A stretch of 61,887 bases of DNA, the filler included, from Kipferlia bialata (taxonomy: Eukaryota): the NCBI GenBank assembly GCA_003568945.1. It is 3 parts of 3 records of this genome, joined end to end, with 100 filler letters (N's around TTAATTAATTAA, not from the genome) between each part and the next. Parts side by side here need not be neighbours in the genome. Positions count along the whole stretch, not along the records: positions 20,697 to 52,406 come from BDIP01000100.1; positions 52,507 to 61,887 come from BDIP01000116.1; 1 more part is not named here. One strand, written 5' to 3'. Position 1 is the stretch's first letter, and every line of letters starts with the position of its first letter. Made by a program: the position numbers and the translations under genes. Below, in pieces: positions 39,032-52,787 of the stretch. The notes under the pieces were generated by a model. That model did no database searches. It was given only the letters and a program-made list of their open reading frames with translations, and was not told where the DNA came from.

Positions 39032-39881
39032 GACATGGACATGGTTGTGACAAGGAGTGACAACGTGTGAGATGAGACAAGGTCTATATTGTTGAGAAAG
39101 ACGTTGAAGAGAGATTCTATTTAGTATGTTAGTGTGTTAGGTTGTTTTGTATCTGCCTGTGATGGATACTATGTCAATAGACAACTGTGTTAGAGATGAA
39201 GGATAAAATTTGAATTGTTGACCAAGGGTACGTATTGTTTGTATGAGGAGAGAAAGACAGAGAGAGAGAGATGTTTTGGAGTAAAGTTACCATAGATACA
39301 CATAAATATCTACCTTGGTGGATCGGAGAGAGAGAGTAAGTGGGGAAGCATGGCTCGAAAAAGAGCCTTTGCTGCATGATATGATACTATGAGGTGCACT
39401 AATTGTGACTGTACTTTTGTGCCATTTCCGCACTGAATTGAAACAACTCTCCAGCGAGTTGCACTGACCAGAGAAAGACCTCTCTCTACAACACTGTGTA
39501 ACGGGCAGCTGACTTCAGTGTTAGCTGCACGCTGACACGATGATCACTGGTGTGAAAGGTGGGTAGAAGAGGGAGATGTGTATCCAAAGCAGGACGGTGT
39601 ATGTGAGAGGGTCAGCGATATGTCTAGTTTGGTGAGACACCCATCTCACCATTGCCCACACATATCCACAAAATACAGCCATATAGTATCTACTCTTCTG
39701 TGAACAGATCACGTATATTACTCATAACAGCATCCCCCTCCCCCCTCCCCCCCCCTCCCTCCTAGTATATATGTAGTGTCACTATAGTGTTCAGTTTCTT
39801 GGCATGTCAACATACTACCTCAGCTTACTCACCCAACTACTCACTTACATATACAAAATTACTTCCTATACTGACATTTAG

Positions 39882-42800
39882 CCTTATTAGGCCTTGCTCT
39901 GGTAGCCGGGTGTCTGTGTGGCTGCAACAAGATGGACTACTTTGTCAGGTGCATACATATACAATACAGCAGTTACTCTCTCTCTCCCTCTCTGACTTTC
40001 TCTGTCATTGCGTCTTATGTTCTATTACTTTTATACGTTCTGACAATAGTAGCTCTTTTGGGACTTAGCTATCTCTGAGAGAGAGGGTACTCTCTCTCTT
40101 TCTGCCCCCCCCCCCCCATTCCCTCTCTGACTCTATCCTCCTGTACTATGCATCAGTGACTCCTCAGGTGTATTTCGTCTCCCTCTATGGCTCTCTCCCT
40201 CTCCCGCTCAATACATGCCTCTCCTGTATTCTCCCATAGTATTATTCAATATACTATGTATTTATATGATATACCCTAATATACAGTCATATAGTAACAT
40301 TCCAGACCGTTATAATATATGTGTGTGTCCTTACATCAGTGGCTCTTCTGGCACCTTTGGCCTTGATCCCTTATGTACTTATACATATATATATATATTA
40401 ATGTCTTTGGATATTATGTGTTGATATCTATATACACTTATACCAGTGGCTCTTCTGGCACCTTTGGCCTGGAGGCCGATCAGTATGATGTCGGTCTAGA
40501 TACATCATGGGTACGTAAAGTACATACAATATGTAGTAACAGTATAAATATACTCTGGATACATATAGCATATATATATATATATATACTATATATTGTG
40601 TTGGTCCGGACACATCAAACCTATACATGAATGTAACTTCCATTAGCATGATTGTATGAATAGACGGGTATATATATGTGTACCGTAATTAATCATGTAG
40701 TGCCTGCCCTCTTACCCCTAGACCTGAGTATATAATGTATACATATATACTTGTCTCTATATATATGTCATAACCATAGCATGCTCACCCCCTAGGCCAT
40801 ATGTGGGAAGGGTTCTCTCACCAGACTCCACCTGTCAGGAGTCATGGTCAGCTGGGACGATGTCAACATATACACGGTATGCCATAATCTATTATATATA
40901 TAGATATCTTAATACATTTATTAATTATTACAGTATGACATTGTATACACAGTATGCGAGCTGGGACGACGTCAACATATACACGGTATGGCATTGCCTA
41001 GATATCGTATATAGCCATGTAGAGTATAGTATATCCATGGACTCTATATGATTATACTGGACATATACTGCACTCATTCTGGACACAAACTGGTCATATA
41101 CTGGTCTTATAGTGGACATATACTGGCCATATAGTGTACATGTACTGTGCATTCTTAATACATTGTTAACCCCCAGGGCTACAGAGGTGGAGACGGCTCT
41201 GTCTGCCTGGACAGCTTCCCTCAGGTATAGTGTGTATATACATATATATACATATAAGTTTATATTATGGTCCCACAGATGGGGTCAACTTCTGATTCCT
41301 TTGCCTCATTATTTCGCCATGTCTTCTCTTACTCTCTCCTTCCCGTACATCCTTCTCTATCTAAGACACACAGTCACTATGTCATATATATAGTACAGAC
41401 CACATCAAGTATTCTCTCACTCCCAGGAGCTGGAGGGTGACTTTGGGTACAACCTGAATACATATTGTGTAGTAATATATATATACCATATATTTACAAT
41501 ATACTATATAATATATATGATCTAAGGGTAACCTCACTGTCTAGGAGTTGGAGGGTGACTTTGGGTACAACATGGTCATTGACCGAAACACCAGCAGTTA
41601 TAAGAACTGCGTTGTGGGTGAGTGCACAGTGTGGGAGCGAATAACGATATCTGGAATATATGTATCTATTAGAGATTGACTCATATCCTTATACAGAATA
41701 GTCTTATCCCTACTGTCTACCCGTGATTATCCTTAGTGGAGCTTCTCTTCGTTATATATATGTGTATATATTGAGATGTACCAGTTAGACTCTATGCTTG
41801 CTGAACTATTAGTTTAGAGAGAGAGAGTATATGTCTTCTTGCTCTCACCCTAGTCTGGTTGCACACCCGACACTTTGCAGGAGACACGGCACCAGACTAC
41901 TACGGGTAAGCATCATATGTATATATATAGATATACACCAATGGTATAGTGTATATATCGTATGTATATTATAGATACTACTCTATGGAAGGGACACGGC
42001 CCCGGACTATGGGTGTGTAAAGCAGATATATGGTTGTATATGACTTTGTGTGCGTTGTGCACTTACACATATTCATATACTATGTACTCACTATGTGTGA
42101 ATGCTCCCTTAGCTTATATTTGTTTAGACTCTCCCTACATAGTACAACTACTGTCTTCAACACACGAGGGTCCCTGTCCCTCCGTCTCTTCATGTTCTAC
42201 TCTAACCCCCCTAGCTTCCAGTGCTCCGTCGTTCTATGTGGCGATTAGCTATGTATCTTGCGAATACTATTCATATCTCCCTAAGTGTATGTCTTACCCC
42301 CAATATTTCCTTGACTCCTAGCTTCCAGTGCTCCTTCGTTGGCTGTGGCGACGCTGACTCCTGTCCGTACATACCAGACGGCACGAACACATACAGGCAC
42401 GGACAGTGAGTATATATGTATTATACTATAATCATGCTACAATATATGGATTCGGCATGCCTCGGTTTCACATATATATATATATATATATATCCCAGAC
42501 GGCCACACGACATTCAGGTACCAGTAGACACGTGCAATACACTCTGACCCCAGTGACAGCGCTGGTTCCTTCTCCCTCACCAGAGATGAGTACAAGTCAA
42601 ACCACAATGAAAGATGGGTGGGTTCTAGTGTTAAGTAATCATCAAAACCTTGTTAATATGTTGGCCCAAGCTTGTTCTTAACTAGACATACTTCTCGTCT
42701 GTTATCAGATATCAACATGGAAGTTCTATAATGGAACTTCTATTCCAACCTCGTATATTAGTCTAATCCCAGGTTGTGATGGTTGATGATGACAACCAGT

Positions 42801-44832
42801 CCTACATCGATGTCAGCATCAGTGGGGAGGTGGGGCAGGACGACAGGTTCACTCTCTACCAGGTACGTATACACATATGCATATACATATATACTATCTA
42901 TATACATATATATATGTATAATGTATGGTGGGGCAGGACGACAGGTTCACTCTCTACCAGGTACATACATATGGATATATATCTGATGGCATGTATACAT
43001 ATATTATACATATAAATATATGGACATACATGGAGATGGGGAAGGACAACAGGTACACACTCCACCAGGTACATTAATATATATATATATATATAATTAT
43101 ACTACATAGATATATATACGTATAATGTATGGGGCAGTAGGTTTATGCCAGGTATACTATATATATGATAGTATATTGGTATGTGTGCATGAATGTTGTA
43201 CTTCCTCTAAGGTGGATGTGAGGGTATGTAATGATTGGTTGTTTGATTCTTACTCCTACTCTGTCTACATCCCTCTCTCTCTCTCTCTAACTCCAGGCCC
43301 ACTGTACCGGTGACTACTTTGCATCGTACCAGACAAGGGAGGGAGAGGTAGGTGCCAATAGAGTTCATTGGGTTGAAGAGTGTATTATGATATCCTGTGT
43401 TATCTTCTCATTCACTGATTTCTCATCATTTAGATATATATCGGTGGCTCTCTGTTCTGTATACATCCATAAGTGGATGTGTATCTCCATACCTGACCTC
43501 AGCACATGTCTGGGGCCCTCGGTGACACCACCCACCACTTCAAGATGACAGAGGACCACAACTGCTTCTATGGTATGACTAGTTATGCCTAATGCCCCTT
43601 CCTCCACAGGCAATATAGCACATATATATGCCTTATGACATGGTGAATACATGAGCTTAGTGATAACTATTGTCTTCACTACCCCTCAGTGCCCCCCCCC
43701 CCTTGAGAGGGCTGCCTCCACCGGTGACATGGTATACAGTACTAACACATTGTTACTCAATAATTTAACTATCTATACCTAATCCCAGTGTCCCTTGAGA
43801 GTGCTGCCTCCACCGGTGACATGTCCCGGGGTGACTACCCTGCATTCTCTGTGGAGTACTGCACAGGCTGGGACTGCCGGTCAAGGGTATGGACAATCAC
43901 GGAAACACACCATTTTACTCCAATATATACCAATTACAACACTTCTCCTTGGGTATGGACAGGACCAGACTCTTATTATGCTCACACTTTTACAACACTT
44001 ATCATCTCTATTGTCCCCGGCATTAGTGGTGAGTGCTATGCTTGTCCCACACTCACCTCCAGTGGATATTCTGGTTCGTGATAGCCGGTCTCGCTGTGCT
44101 CCTTGTACTAGCTGGAGTGTTCACTATCATTTGTAAGGTAGCATATACCAATGTATCTCCAAGTGGTACCTTGCAAGTGGTATCTTGTCACATACCCACA
44201 CTATACGTTCAGAGAAGTAGCGTATACATCAATGATTGTAATGATAAAGAGCATTCTCATACTCTCCGGAGATGACACCCACCAACGTGCTATAATCCAT
44301 ACCTCACCCCAGAAGAGAAAGAAGGAGGCTGCCCGTTTAGAAGAGGAAGCGATGGAGGCGGAGAGACTGAAGGAAGCAGAGAGAGAGAGAGAGGAAAGGC
44401 GACTGAAAGATGACAATGATAGGGTACGTTTGCATACAGTAATGTCTGTCGTGTTGAATGCTGCATTTCCTCTTGTACCACACACGTCAGTTCTATTGGA
44501 ATGATTGATGATACCAGACAGCCGCGGCAGAACGCCGTCGTCAAGAGAGAGAGCAGCGTGTGAAGAGTGAGCAGCAACTGCAGGAAGCACAGAGTCTGAG
44601 GAGGGAGCAGGAGCAGCAACAACAGCGACAGGTGCGTCAACAGAGTCTAAGAGAGAGAGAGATGACTCTTAAGGCAGAACTGAGGGAAATCGAGAGAGAG
44701 AGGGAGAGAGAGAGGGAGGCTGCGGGTGGCAACGCTGATACTGATGGCACTGGTGTACCTGAGTGTGAGGATAGTCCACTCCTAGAGAGCTATCAGAACA
44801 GTGTGTATGTACCAGAGACGTACAGGAAGTAG
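39882..44832 (+). CDS. Type I membrane protein, paralog A: signal peptide, two CUB-like domains, TM helix, cytoplasmic coiled coil
   Basis: LLGLALVAGCLCGC..SGSSGTFG..YDVGLDTSWAI..DDVNIYTG..VWLHT..YGFQCSF, TM WIFWFVIAGLAVLLVLAGVFTII, E/R-rich tail ending YQNSVYVPETYRK*. Start codon exon not located. Confidence 0.7.
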
Positions 44833-45091
44833 GGTGTGGTCTCATAACAATTGTTTTGGTGTGGATTCTATTTCAATCCTTCTTTCAGACACCGCAATTA
44901 ATTTATCCGAATAGGCGTATCGATACAGGTGAGGGTGATGCCACTGCCAAAGACTGGATGTGAGATAGTAGAGTATCATTAGAGAATCTCAAATTTGGAG
45001 ATGACCTGCTCACATATATAGTATGTATGTACTGGGCTGTACTAAACACTACCTGCTTTGTTTCTTCGCTGCCTTTGATGCAGAGACTTGG

Positions 45092-45523
45092 CTATCTGTC
45101 TATTAAACTAGCCCTCCACTTCAGCTCGCGCTCGTACATCACAGCCATCTCTCGGATTGCAGCACGAATGGAGGCCAGTCCGCTCTTACGGTGGGAAAGA
45201 CGAGGGACTGCCAGGATGGAAGCAGGAACCAGCTGTATCATGTTAGCACGGTGAGGCGAGAGGTGAGGAGGGGTGGGAGGCTTGGGGGGAGACAGAGGGC
45301 CCCCTCTCCTCTTCCGCCTCTCTCTCCGGCGCTTGAACTGGGCCAACTTCCTGGTGAGTCTGGCATCCCAGGTCTCAACCTCAGTAACATCAGTAGATAC
45401 TGACACCACATCACTAGTATCACTGGTGGTAGTAAGGGGGGATCCCAGTCTGTTAGGACAACTCATCGTATCTGGTGCAACGCGCTCAGTCGTCTCCAGC
45501 CGCACTACACTGGGAGCACACAT
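45092..45523 (-). CDS. Hypothetical intronless 143-aa protein
   Basis: Microsatellite-free ATG ORF with a basic KRRRERRKRR tract, lying between the two paralogs. Confidence 0.45.
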   Translation of the reverse strand: MCAPSVVRLETTERVAPDTMSCPNRLGSPLTTTSDTSDVVSVSTDVTEVETWDARLTRKLAQFKRRRERRKRRGGPLSPPKPPTPPHLSPHRANMIQLVPASILAVPRLSHRKSGLASIRAAIREMAVMYERELKWRASLIDR

Positions 45524-46012
45524 ACATCTTACAAGGAGAGATGTTACTTACAAGAAGCATCTGAGGCCCACACACAATTAATTGCCCTACACAATAACCG
45601 TACGACCCGTATGAAGACGACTTATTCCAATGCTTTACACAATGTCACTGGAGATGAGGAAGCTTCTTCCTTTCACCCCCTGTACAGGGTTGAGTTTCAG
45701 TCTGAGTAGAGAAGGCCTAGTAGGAGGAGAGAGAGAGAGACTAATAGCATCAGGGATGGGGGTTAGCCACAGTTCAGGTACCTTGATTAGATATACATGG
45801 TTAGAGATAGTACACCACTGCTCAGCTTGTAGTATATTGTCAGACCTCGGCTTACTGTATCACTCTCGAGAGGCATTGCTTGGTTTCAGTATGACTACCA
45901 AGCAAAAGCACTGGCAGATGGCACTGACAGTGGATAGTTTTAATGTTTGTGTCTCTATATCAGTGCCATAATTCATATTGATACCCATGATCCACATCGA
46001 CTTATACGCCAG

Positions 46013-46080
46013 CTCTGGTGGTCCTGACACTGATCAAGCTGTGCCTATGTATGTGCAACAAGATGGATTACTTTGTCAGG

Positions 46081-46123
<43 letters not shown>

Positions 46124-49100
46124 ATATACATTATATATATAGGTTGTCAGGTAACTACTATTATTACTATGTATATATGTGTATATATATATCTACATAT
46201 TAGTATACATATAGATAGACTGCTTTGAGATGTACCCTCGCCCCCCGTCTCTCTCTCTCTTTCCCACTTGTACTCTCTCCAATTCCCCTATCCTTTCTCC
46301 CATCTCACCTCCCATTCTCCACTCCTATATGTCCATATATTGTCCCCTCCCTGTCCCATCTGGAAGACTAGCAGTATACACATCTCTACTGTAGTATATA
46401 ACCCCCCCCCCCCCCTCCCCTTAAATTTCGGTCACTTTTCCCTATTCACATCTTCCTCGAGCCCTGTTCCATGTGTAGGTGTTCTAAGTATCGTAATACT
46501 GTCCGGCCTTAACTCATTTATACTCTCTCTCGTTCTATTCATTAACGGATAGACTAATCAAATTGACTGAGACACTCCCCCAGTGTCTCCTCTGGGATAT
46601 GTGGTCTTGAATACCTCTATCTCTCTCTCTCTCTCTCTCCCTCTCTCTCTATCAATTTCTCTCTTTCTCTCTCTCTATGTTTATCACTGTCAATACATAC
46701 CACCTCTGTACGTATGTATCACTAATATACAATATATACATATTACCCTTTCTCTCGCTCTCTCCCCTCCCCCCCCCATCCCCCCATCCTCTCCCACCCC
46801 CCCCCTCTCTCTCAACATCTCACATATCAGTGGGAAGTCTGGTACCTTTGGCCTCGAGGCAGATCAGTATACATATATATAGATAGATGTAGTATATATA
46901 ATATTCTAGTTGTATAAATACACTCATATACCAGTGGCTCTTCTGGCACCTTTGGTCTCGAGGCAGAACATTATACATATATATAGATGGATGTAGTATA
47001 ATAATAGATATTGTATAAATACACCCTTATATCAGTGGCTCTTCTGGCACCTTCGGCCTCGAGGCACAGGACTACGACTATGGACTGGACACGTCTTGGG
47101 TATGGTTTAGACTATACACATGGTGGCATAGATATACGGTGTACACACTCTATATATATACATACATGTGTGTGTGTGTCAAAACATACATACATATATA
47201 CCCACACTTAGTACAAATATCACATGTATATAGAAATTACACGTCGTGTATATGTACTACTATTATATGTATATACAGATATACATGTATACATATATAC
47301 ACTCTCTCAAAATGTGGAATACGTATTAGACCTCAACCATACTCTACTTACCCTCTCACCCCCAGGCCCTGTGTGGCAACGGTACCGTGTCATGCACCAT
47401 CATATACATACTATATATATGCATATGTATGTAAATGCATTATGTATGTATAGTACATGCATTTGACATTGCACTCTCACCCCCAGGCCCTGTGTGGGAA
47501 GGGTGCCCTCACCAGACTCCACTTATCAGGAGTGATGGTGCAGACAGACCACGTCAACATTTACACGGTATGTCATTATGTATACGGTATGCACAAGAAT
47601 TTTTTTGACACACACTCATTAGATCCCGCTTTCCCTCTAATGAGTATTCTTTCCCCTCCTTTACTCCTTCTTTTTGAGTATTCTTTCCCTCCTTTACTCC
47701 TTCTTCTTTCCTCTGAATGGCAGGGATACAACCACGGGGACGGAGAGGTTTGCTTGGATAGTTTCCCCCAGGTACTCTTGACACTATGGTGACCTGTCTG
47801 TGTATCATATCACATAATATGAGATAACATATGCTCTTTACATGCATAGATATTGTATATATTGAATGCTAGTCTGATTATTTTCACTTAACTTTAGAGT
47901 GTTATAGCATATTTGACAACTCTATGTTGTGAGTGGTCTCTATGTGAAGCACTAGAGAGTGAGAATAGGACCATTTTCTGTTATGTTGTAATTCAAATAA
48001 TCTCAACGGGAGTTGATGAGTCTCTTTAGGCGGTGGTCACATAGTACCCTACCATCCCTCTCTTTCTCTCTTTCATCCTCTGTTGCTCTCTGACTGTTTG
48101 TAAGAGCATATACCAAGTGGGGTTCTTTCAATACCAAGAGATCGACACTGGGTAGTACCGTCCCTCTCTTTCTCTCTCCATCTCACTTCCAAACACGTGT
48201 GGCCTATTGGATATCACTTCACACCCATGATGTAGAACACTTAGGATATATGTAGTAATTTATATATATTTATATCTATCTTCTAATTCGCAGGAGATTG
48301 ACGGTGACTTTGGCCATGATAAAGTAGTCAACAAGGCAGCAAGTTGTGTAGTGGGTGAGGGTTTACTATCATATGACTTGTGTCGTGTAACTACTCTCTC
48401 TGCATCATCCTGGTGAAGCTGTATACCTACCTCAGTGTCAGTAAAGAATAGATTACACGTACAATATAGTATATGATACTGATACTACTGATACTCTCTC
48501 ACCCTAGTATGGCTGCACACCAACCACCACCCAAGTGAAGACGCCCCAGACTACACTGGGTATGTATATATATATATGTGTATGTATATATTAATATACA
48601 CAGGACACTAAGTGTATGACATACACTATATACAAATCGTGTTCATACCTGCTATTACACTCGAGGTGCCCGTTGGATATTCTGTGTCTTCGATTCTCGT
48701 ATATGTTATTTTTTAATACCTCCCTTCCTTGACTCTGCTAGCTGCCAATGCGCTTTCGTTGGATGCGTCTAATATGTGTCTATGTTTTCATCTCTCCAAG
48801 TGTATCTTTGACCCTAGCTTCCAGTGCTCCTTCTCTGGATGTACCGATACTAAATGTTTTCATATCTAAGCGTATATCTTATATATATCTTACTCCTAAG
48901 CTTCCAGTGTTCCTTCTTTGGGTGTTCAGATGCAGACAGCTGTGCAGACATACCTGATGGGACACACACGTCCAGGTGCATCAGTAGTATATATATATAT
49001 ATTGATATAGATAGATATAGATAGATAGATATAGATGGAGATAGATGGATAGATATATAGATGTGGAGACATACCATATGGAATACACACCTCTTGGTAC

Positions 49101-49630
49101 AGCCAGTATACTAGTATGAACATGTATGAGGTATATAGATGTATATGTGATGGATGGACACACACGTCCAGGTACATCAGTTACCCAATATGAGTGTGGT
49201 CTGTCATGTTCATTAGTTCCTCACTGCCTTGGTATATGTATGTCATCCACATCCACATACTAGTGTACGCATCTTGCTTCCTCTCAAGCTTCCGTTCACT
49301 CCCCTATTTTGAATATATACTACAGATTTTATATATTACATTATCATATATTACCACTCAAGTTATGTTGGGGAGAATTGTCACAGTGCTATTGAGATGT
49401 TTGCCCCGTCTGATTATCTTCACTTACCCCCCAGTGAGGCCACTGGGTCATTCTCCCTGTCCGCTGACGAATACAAGGCAGGCTCAGACATTAGATGGGT
49501 ATGTCGAATCGGTATTCACTTTGGATGTGTGTCAATGTGTATATATATATATATTGTGCCCATTGATAGCTTACAAGAGACGCAAGTGATGGTTTGTGCC
49601 AGGGATACCTCTATCCCTCATACCCCCCAC

Positions 49631-49661
<31 letters not shown>

Positions 49662-51674
49662 CCCCCCTCCACCCCACCACCAGGTTGTGTCTGTCCCTGA
49701 TGGTCTATCCTATGCCGGTGTCACCATGAGTGGCTCAATAGGGGATGATGACACACTCACGGTGTACCAGGTGGGAGGTTGTTCGTAGACACTTCTACGT
49801 GAACATTCATCATCATCATTCGGATATGTTCATATATGTATGTCGTTACCACTTCAACACTCACGGTGTACCAGGTGGGAGATTGTTTGTAGACACTATT
49901 ATGTGAGATGTTCAAAACACTCTACCCAAGCCGCTCTTTGTCTCTCAGCTCAATCTCTTTCCTTGCTAACCCCCCTAGGCATACTGCACAGAGGACTACT
50001 TTGTGTCCTATCAGGAGAGCGAGGGAGAGGTGGGTCCGTATATAGTTACATATATGTCTTGACATATAACTGTATAGTTATATATATATACTTATATGTT
50101 CGTATATATATACACATTTGTGTCCTACCAGGAAAGCGAGGAAGCCGTGGGTATAGGAACAGTTTTCATGTATATATTACATATATTCACCCTGTGACTG
50201 TGGTTTCGGCCTCCGATCCCAATTCTTTATCTCTCTGTCGGTCCAGTTTGTCATACATCATACATTTCTACCTGAGAACTCACTATAGATTTGGTATATT
50301 TCATACTAACTTTAGAGAATGTCCGGTACTGTGAGTTCCTCACGTCGATTCCACATTACGAATGACCACAACTGTTTCTATGGTACGTGCTTACAATATG
50401 AATTACTCTCTGAGAATTGCACTGACTTGGCCATATATAGTTAGATATATATTTTCTAGTTGTCTCTACCATAATTATCGAACCGTTTGGTTGCACTCAG
50501 TCACCCAGTATCTTCTTACAAGATGTCTTCTAACATGAAAGTGAAGCTTGAGACTGCCGCCTCTGTAGGAGATGACGCACCTTCCCTCTCTGTCCAGTAC
50601 TGCACCGGGTGGCACTGCATCTCAAGGGTATACACACTTGGTGTGATATATGTGTGATATATGCCATGTATGCATATCAATTGCACTATGCCTCTGATAC
50701 TATCCACGGGAGGAGGCGTCTAACCACTTACGTCAGTGGCTCTTCTGGATGTACATTGCCGCTGTTCTAGGCATGCTATTCCTAGGTGGTCTGATGCTCT
50801 GGGAACGCCACACGGTACGCATGTTATTATCTATATCCTGCCACCCCATGTTATTATATCCTTCCGTGCACACAGATATGCATATTTGGAGTTCTTACCT
50901 TGCAACATCCTGTCCCTAGTTTATCACTCTGCCTATCTGACCTATCGGATACACCTTCATTTGTTCTCTTGACACTACTATATTACAGGTATATTACAGG
51001 TATCAGTATTCGTTCTATGTCTCTATGTTGATTTTTACCGGTATTGTTAACCGCAGAGGCGCCAGGCCTTCTATGCCAGACTGGAAGAGGAGAGAGAGGA
51101 GGAGAGAAGGAAGCGTGAGAGGCAGAGGCAGAGGGAGGCACAGGAGAACCAGAGGAGAATCGAGGCCATGAGAGAGGTGCGTAGATATCTCTACTTGCGG
51201 GTTATCTCAGATGTAACATAGCAATATGGGTCATTTTCTCTTCTACAACTACATCATTATGGAAATATTTTCTTATGTAGAGATTCATTGCAGTGGGTCT
51301 GTCTCTATTGCATCTTACAGTAGGAAGAACGTGCTGCTTCGTCTAGGTATCACATGTCCTGGCAGCAAGAGAGAGAGAGAGAGAGTGCTAGAATGAGGCA
51401 GAGAGAGATGGATAGGGAGTGCATGGATACCTTTGGGACAGTGCTCCAGATGACCACCCAGGCAGTGCAAGGCACTTCCAGACAAACATACCCCACGGCA
51501 AGCACGTATAGACCCTCGAGTCAGTCAGATGGGCAAGGATCTGCGCCTGATGTTCCTGTACAGGATGTGGAGATTAGGGACATTGATGTAGAGATGCCCC
51601 AGCAAGGAGGGAACGGTGGCTACCAGAATGCACCGTATGTACCCCAGGCCTTCTTCAGAAGTGAGGAGCTATAG
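46013..51674 (+). CDS. Type I membrane CUB-like protein, paralog B
   Basis: Same exon series as paralog A (CNKMDYFV|SGSSGTFGLEA, ALCGKGALTRLHLSGVMV, VCLDSFPQ, FQCSF, YCTGWHCISR), then a TM segment and a tail ending YQNAPYVPQAFFRSEEL*. Confidence 0.7.
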
Positions 51675-52355
51675 AGTGTGTATAACAGTGTATGTTTATG
51701 TGTTGCTCTCAGTTCGTCTTTATCCATATCGCTAAATTCTCTCGAGATACACATGAGAACCCAACGATCCCACAATATATATTGGAACACAGAGGAAATA
51801 TTATAGGTGCTAATTTTATAGCACACAGCTGTGTGTCATTGTGTGTCATAGAGATAGCTACCCTGTCTCTCTGTTGTGGTCTCTCTCCGTTCTCTCTCCT
51901 ACCGCTGTCTCCCTGTGCCCTCCACAAAGTGCACATCTACCTGTCAGACCACTGGACAAATGGCTATATCGAGATATGGAGTGGATCACAAGAGAAAGGA
52001 GCACCTCAGCACCAGAATCTAAGGGTTCAAGTATTTGTGCCGTTTCATACTTGATCATCAGTCTTGACAGAGAACTGAAAACTGAGAATGAGAGAACTGC
52101 CTTCTAATCTATCTTCCAAGCAGACACCCGCCCATTGTTTGTGTCTAGCCTAGGTATATCTTTAGGGCTGCTCTTCTGCGGTTCTCTCTCTATATATAGT
52201 GTCTATATTGAGATATGATACCAATGTAAGTGTAGAGTGTGCAGAGAGGGCCTGACACCCCATATTGTGATATACCAATTATGCATTCCGTTGGGTCTCT
52301 TTCATTAAGCACAGATACAAAGGTGTTTGTGTACTGCATTCATTCCAGGAGCTAC

Positions 52356-52394
<39 letters not shown>

Positions 52395-52406
52395 ACTCCA
52401 CACCCC

Positions 52407-52506
52407 NNNNNNNNNNNNNNNNNNNNNNNNNNNNNNNNNNNNNNNNNNNNTTAATTAATTAANNNNNNNNNNNNNNNNNNNNNNNNNNNNNNNNNNNNNN
52501 NNNNNN
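52407..52506. other. Artificial contig linker N44-TTAATTAATTAA-N44
   Basis: As at 20597-20696. Confidence 0.97.
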
Positions 52507-52787
52507 ATGCATCTACTGCCCCCCCCCCCCCCCCCCCCCCCCCTCTCTCTCTCTTCTCCTCTCTCTTCTCTTCTCTCTCCCACCTTTCCTTCAATCTTCC
52601 ATACCTGTGCGTGTGTTTATACCCCCCTTTTTTCTTCGCTTTACATTGACTTATCAATGGTGTTGTATACCATGTACTAATTTCTTGTCCTTTTCTCCTC
52701 CACTACCTCCACTCACTTCGATATCACTCATCCCATTCATATTTACATATATATATGTGTGTGTGTGTTCATGCTGCCAACCCCCAG

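Noticed and set aside
21162..51674. Functional signalling cluster (7TM, pseudo-PDE, ASM-like, CUB receptors)
   Set aside because: Neighbourhood is weak evidence in a eukaryote, and there is at least one suspected misjoin inside the contig.
51692..52200. Possible terminal exons of a minus-strand gene
   Set aside because: I could not build a consistent frame or recognise a motif.
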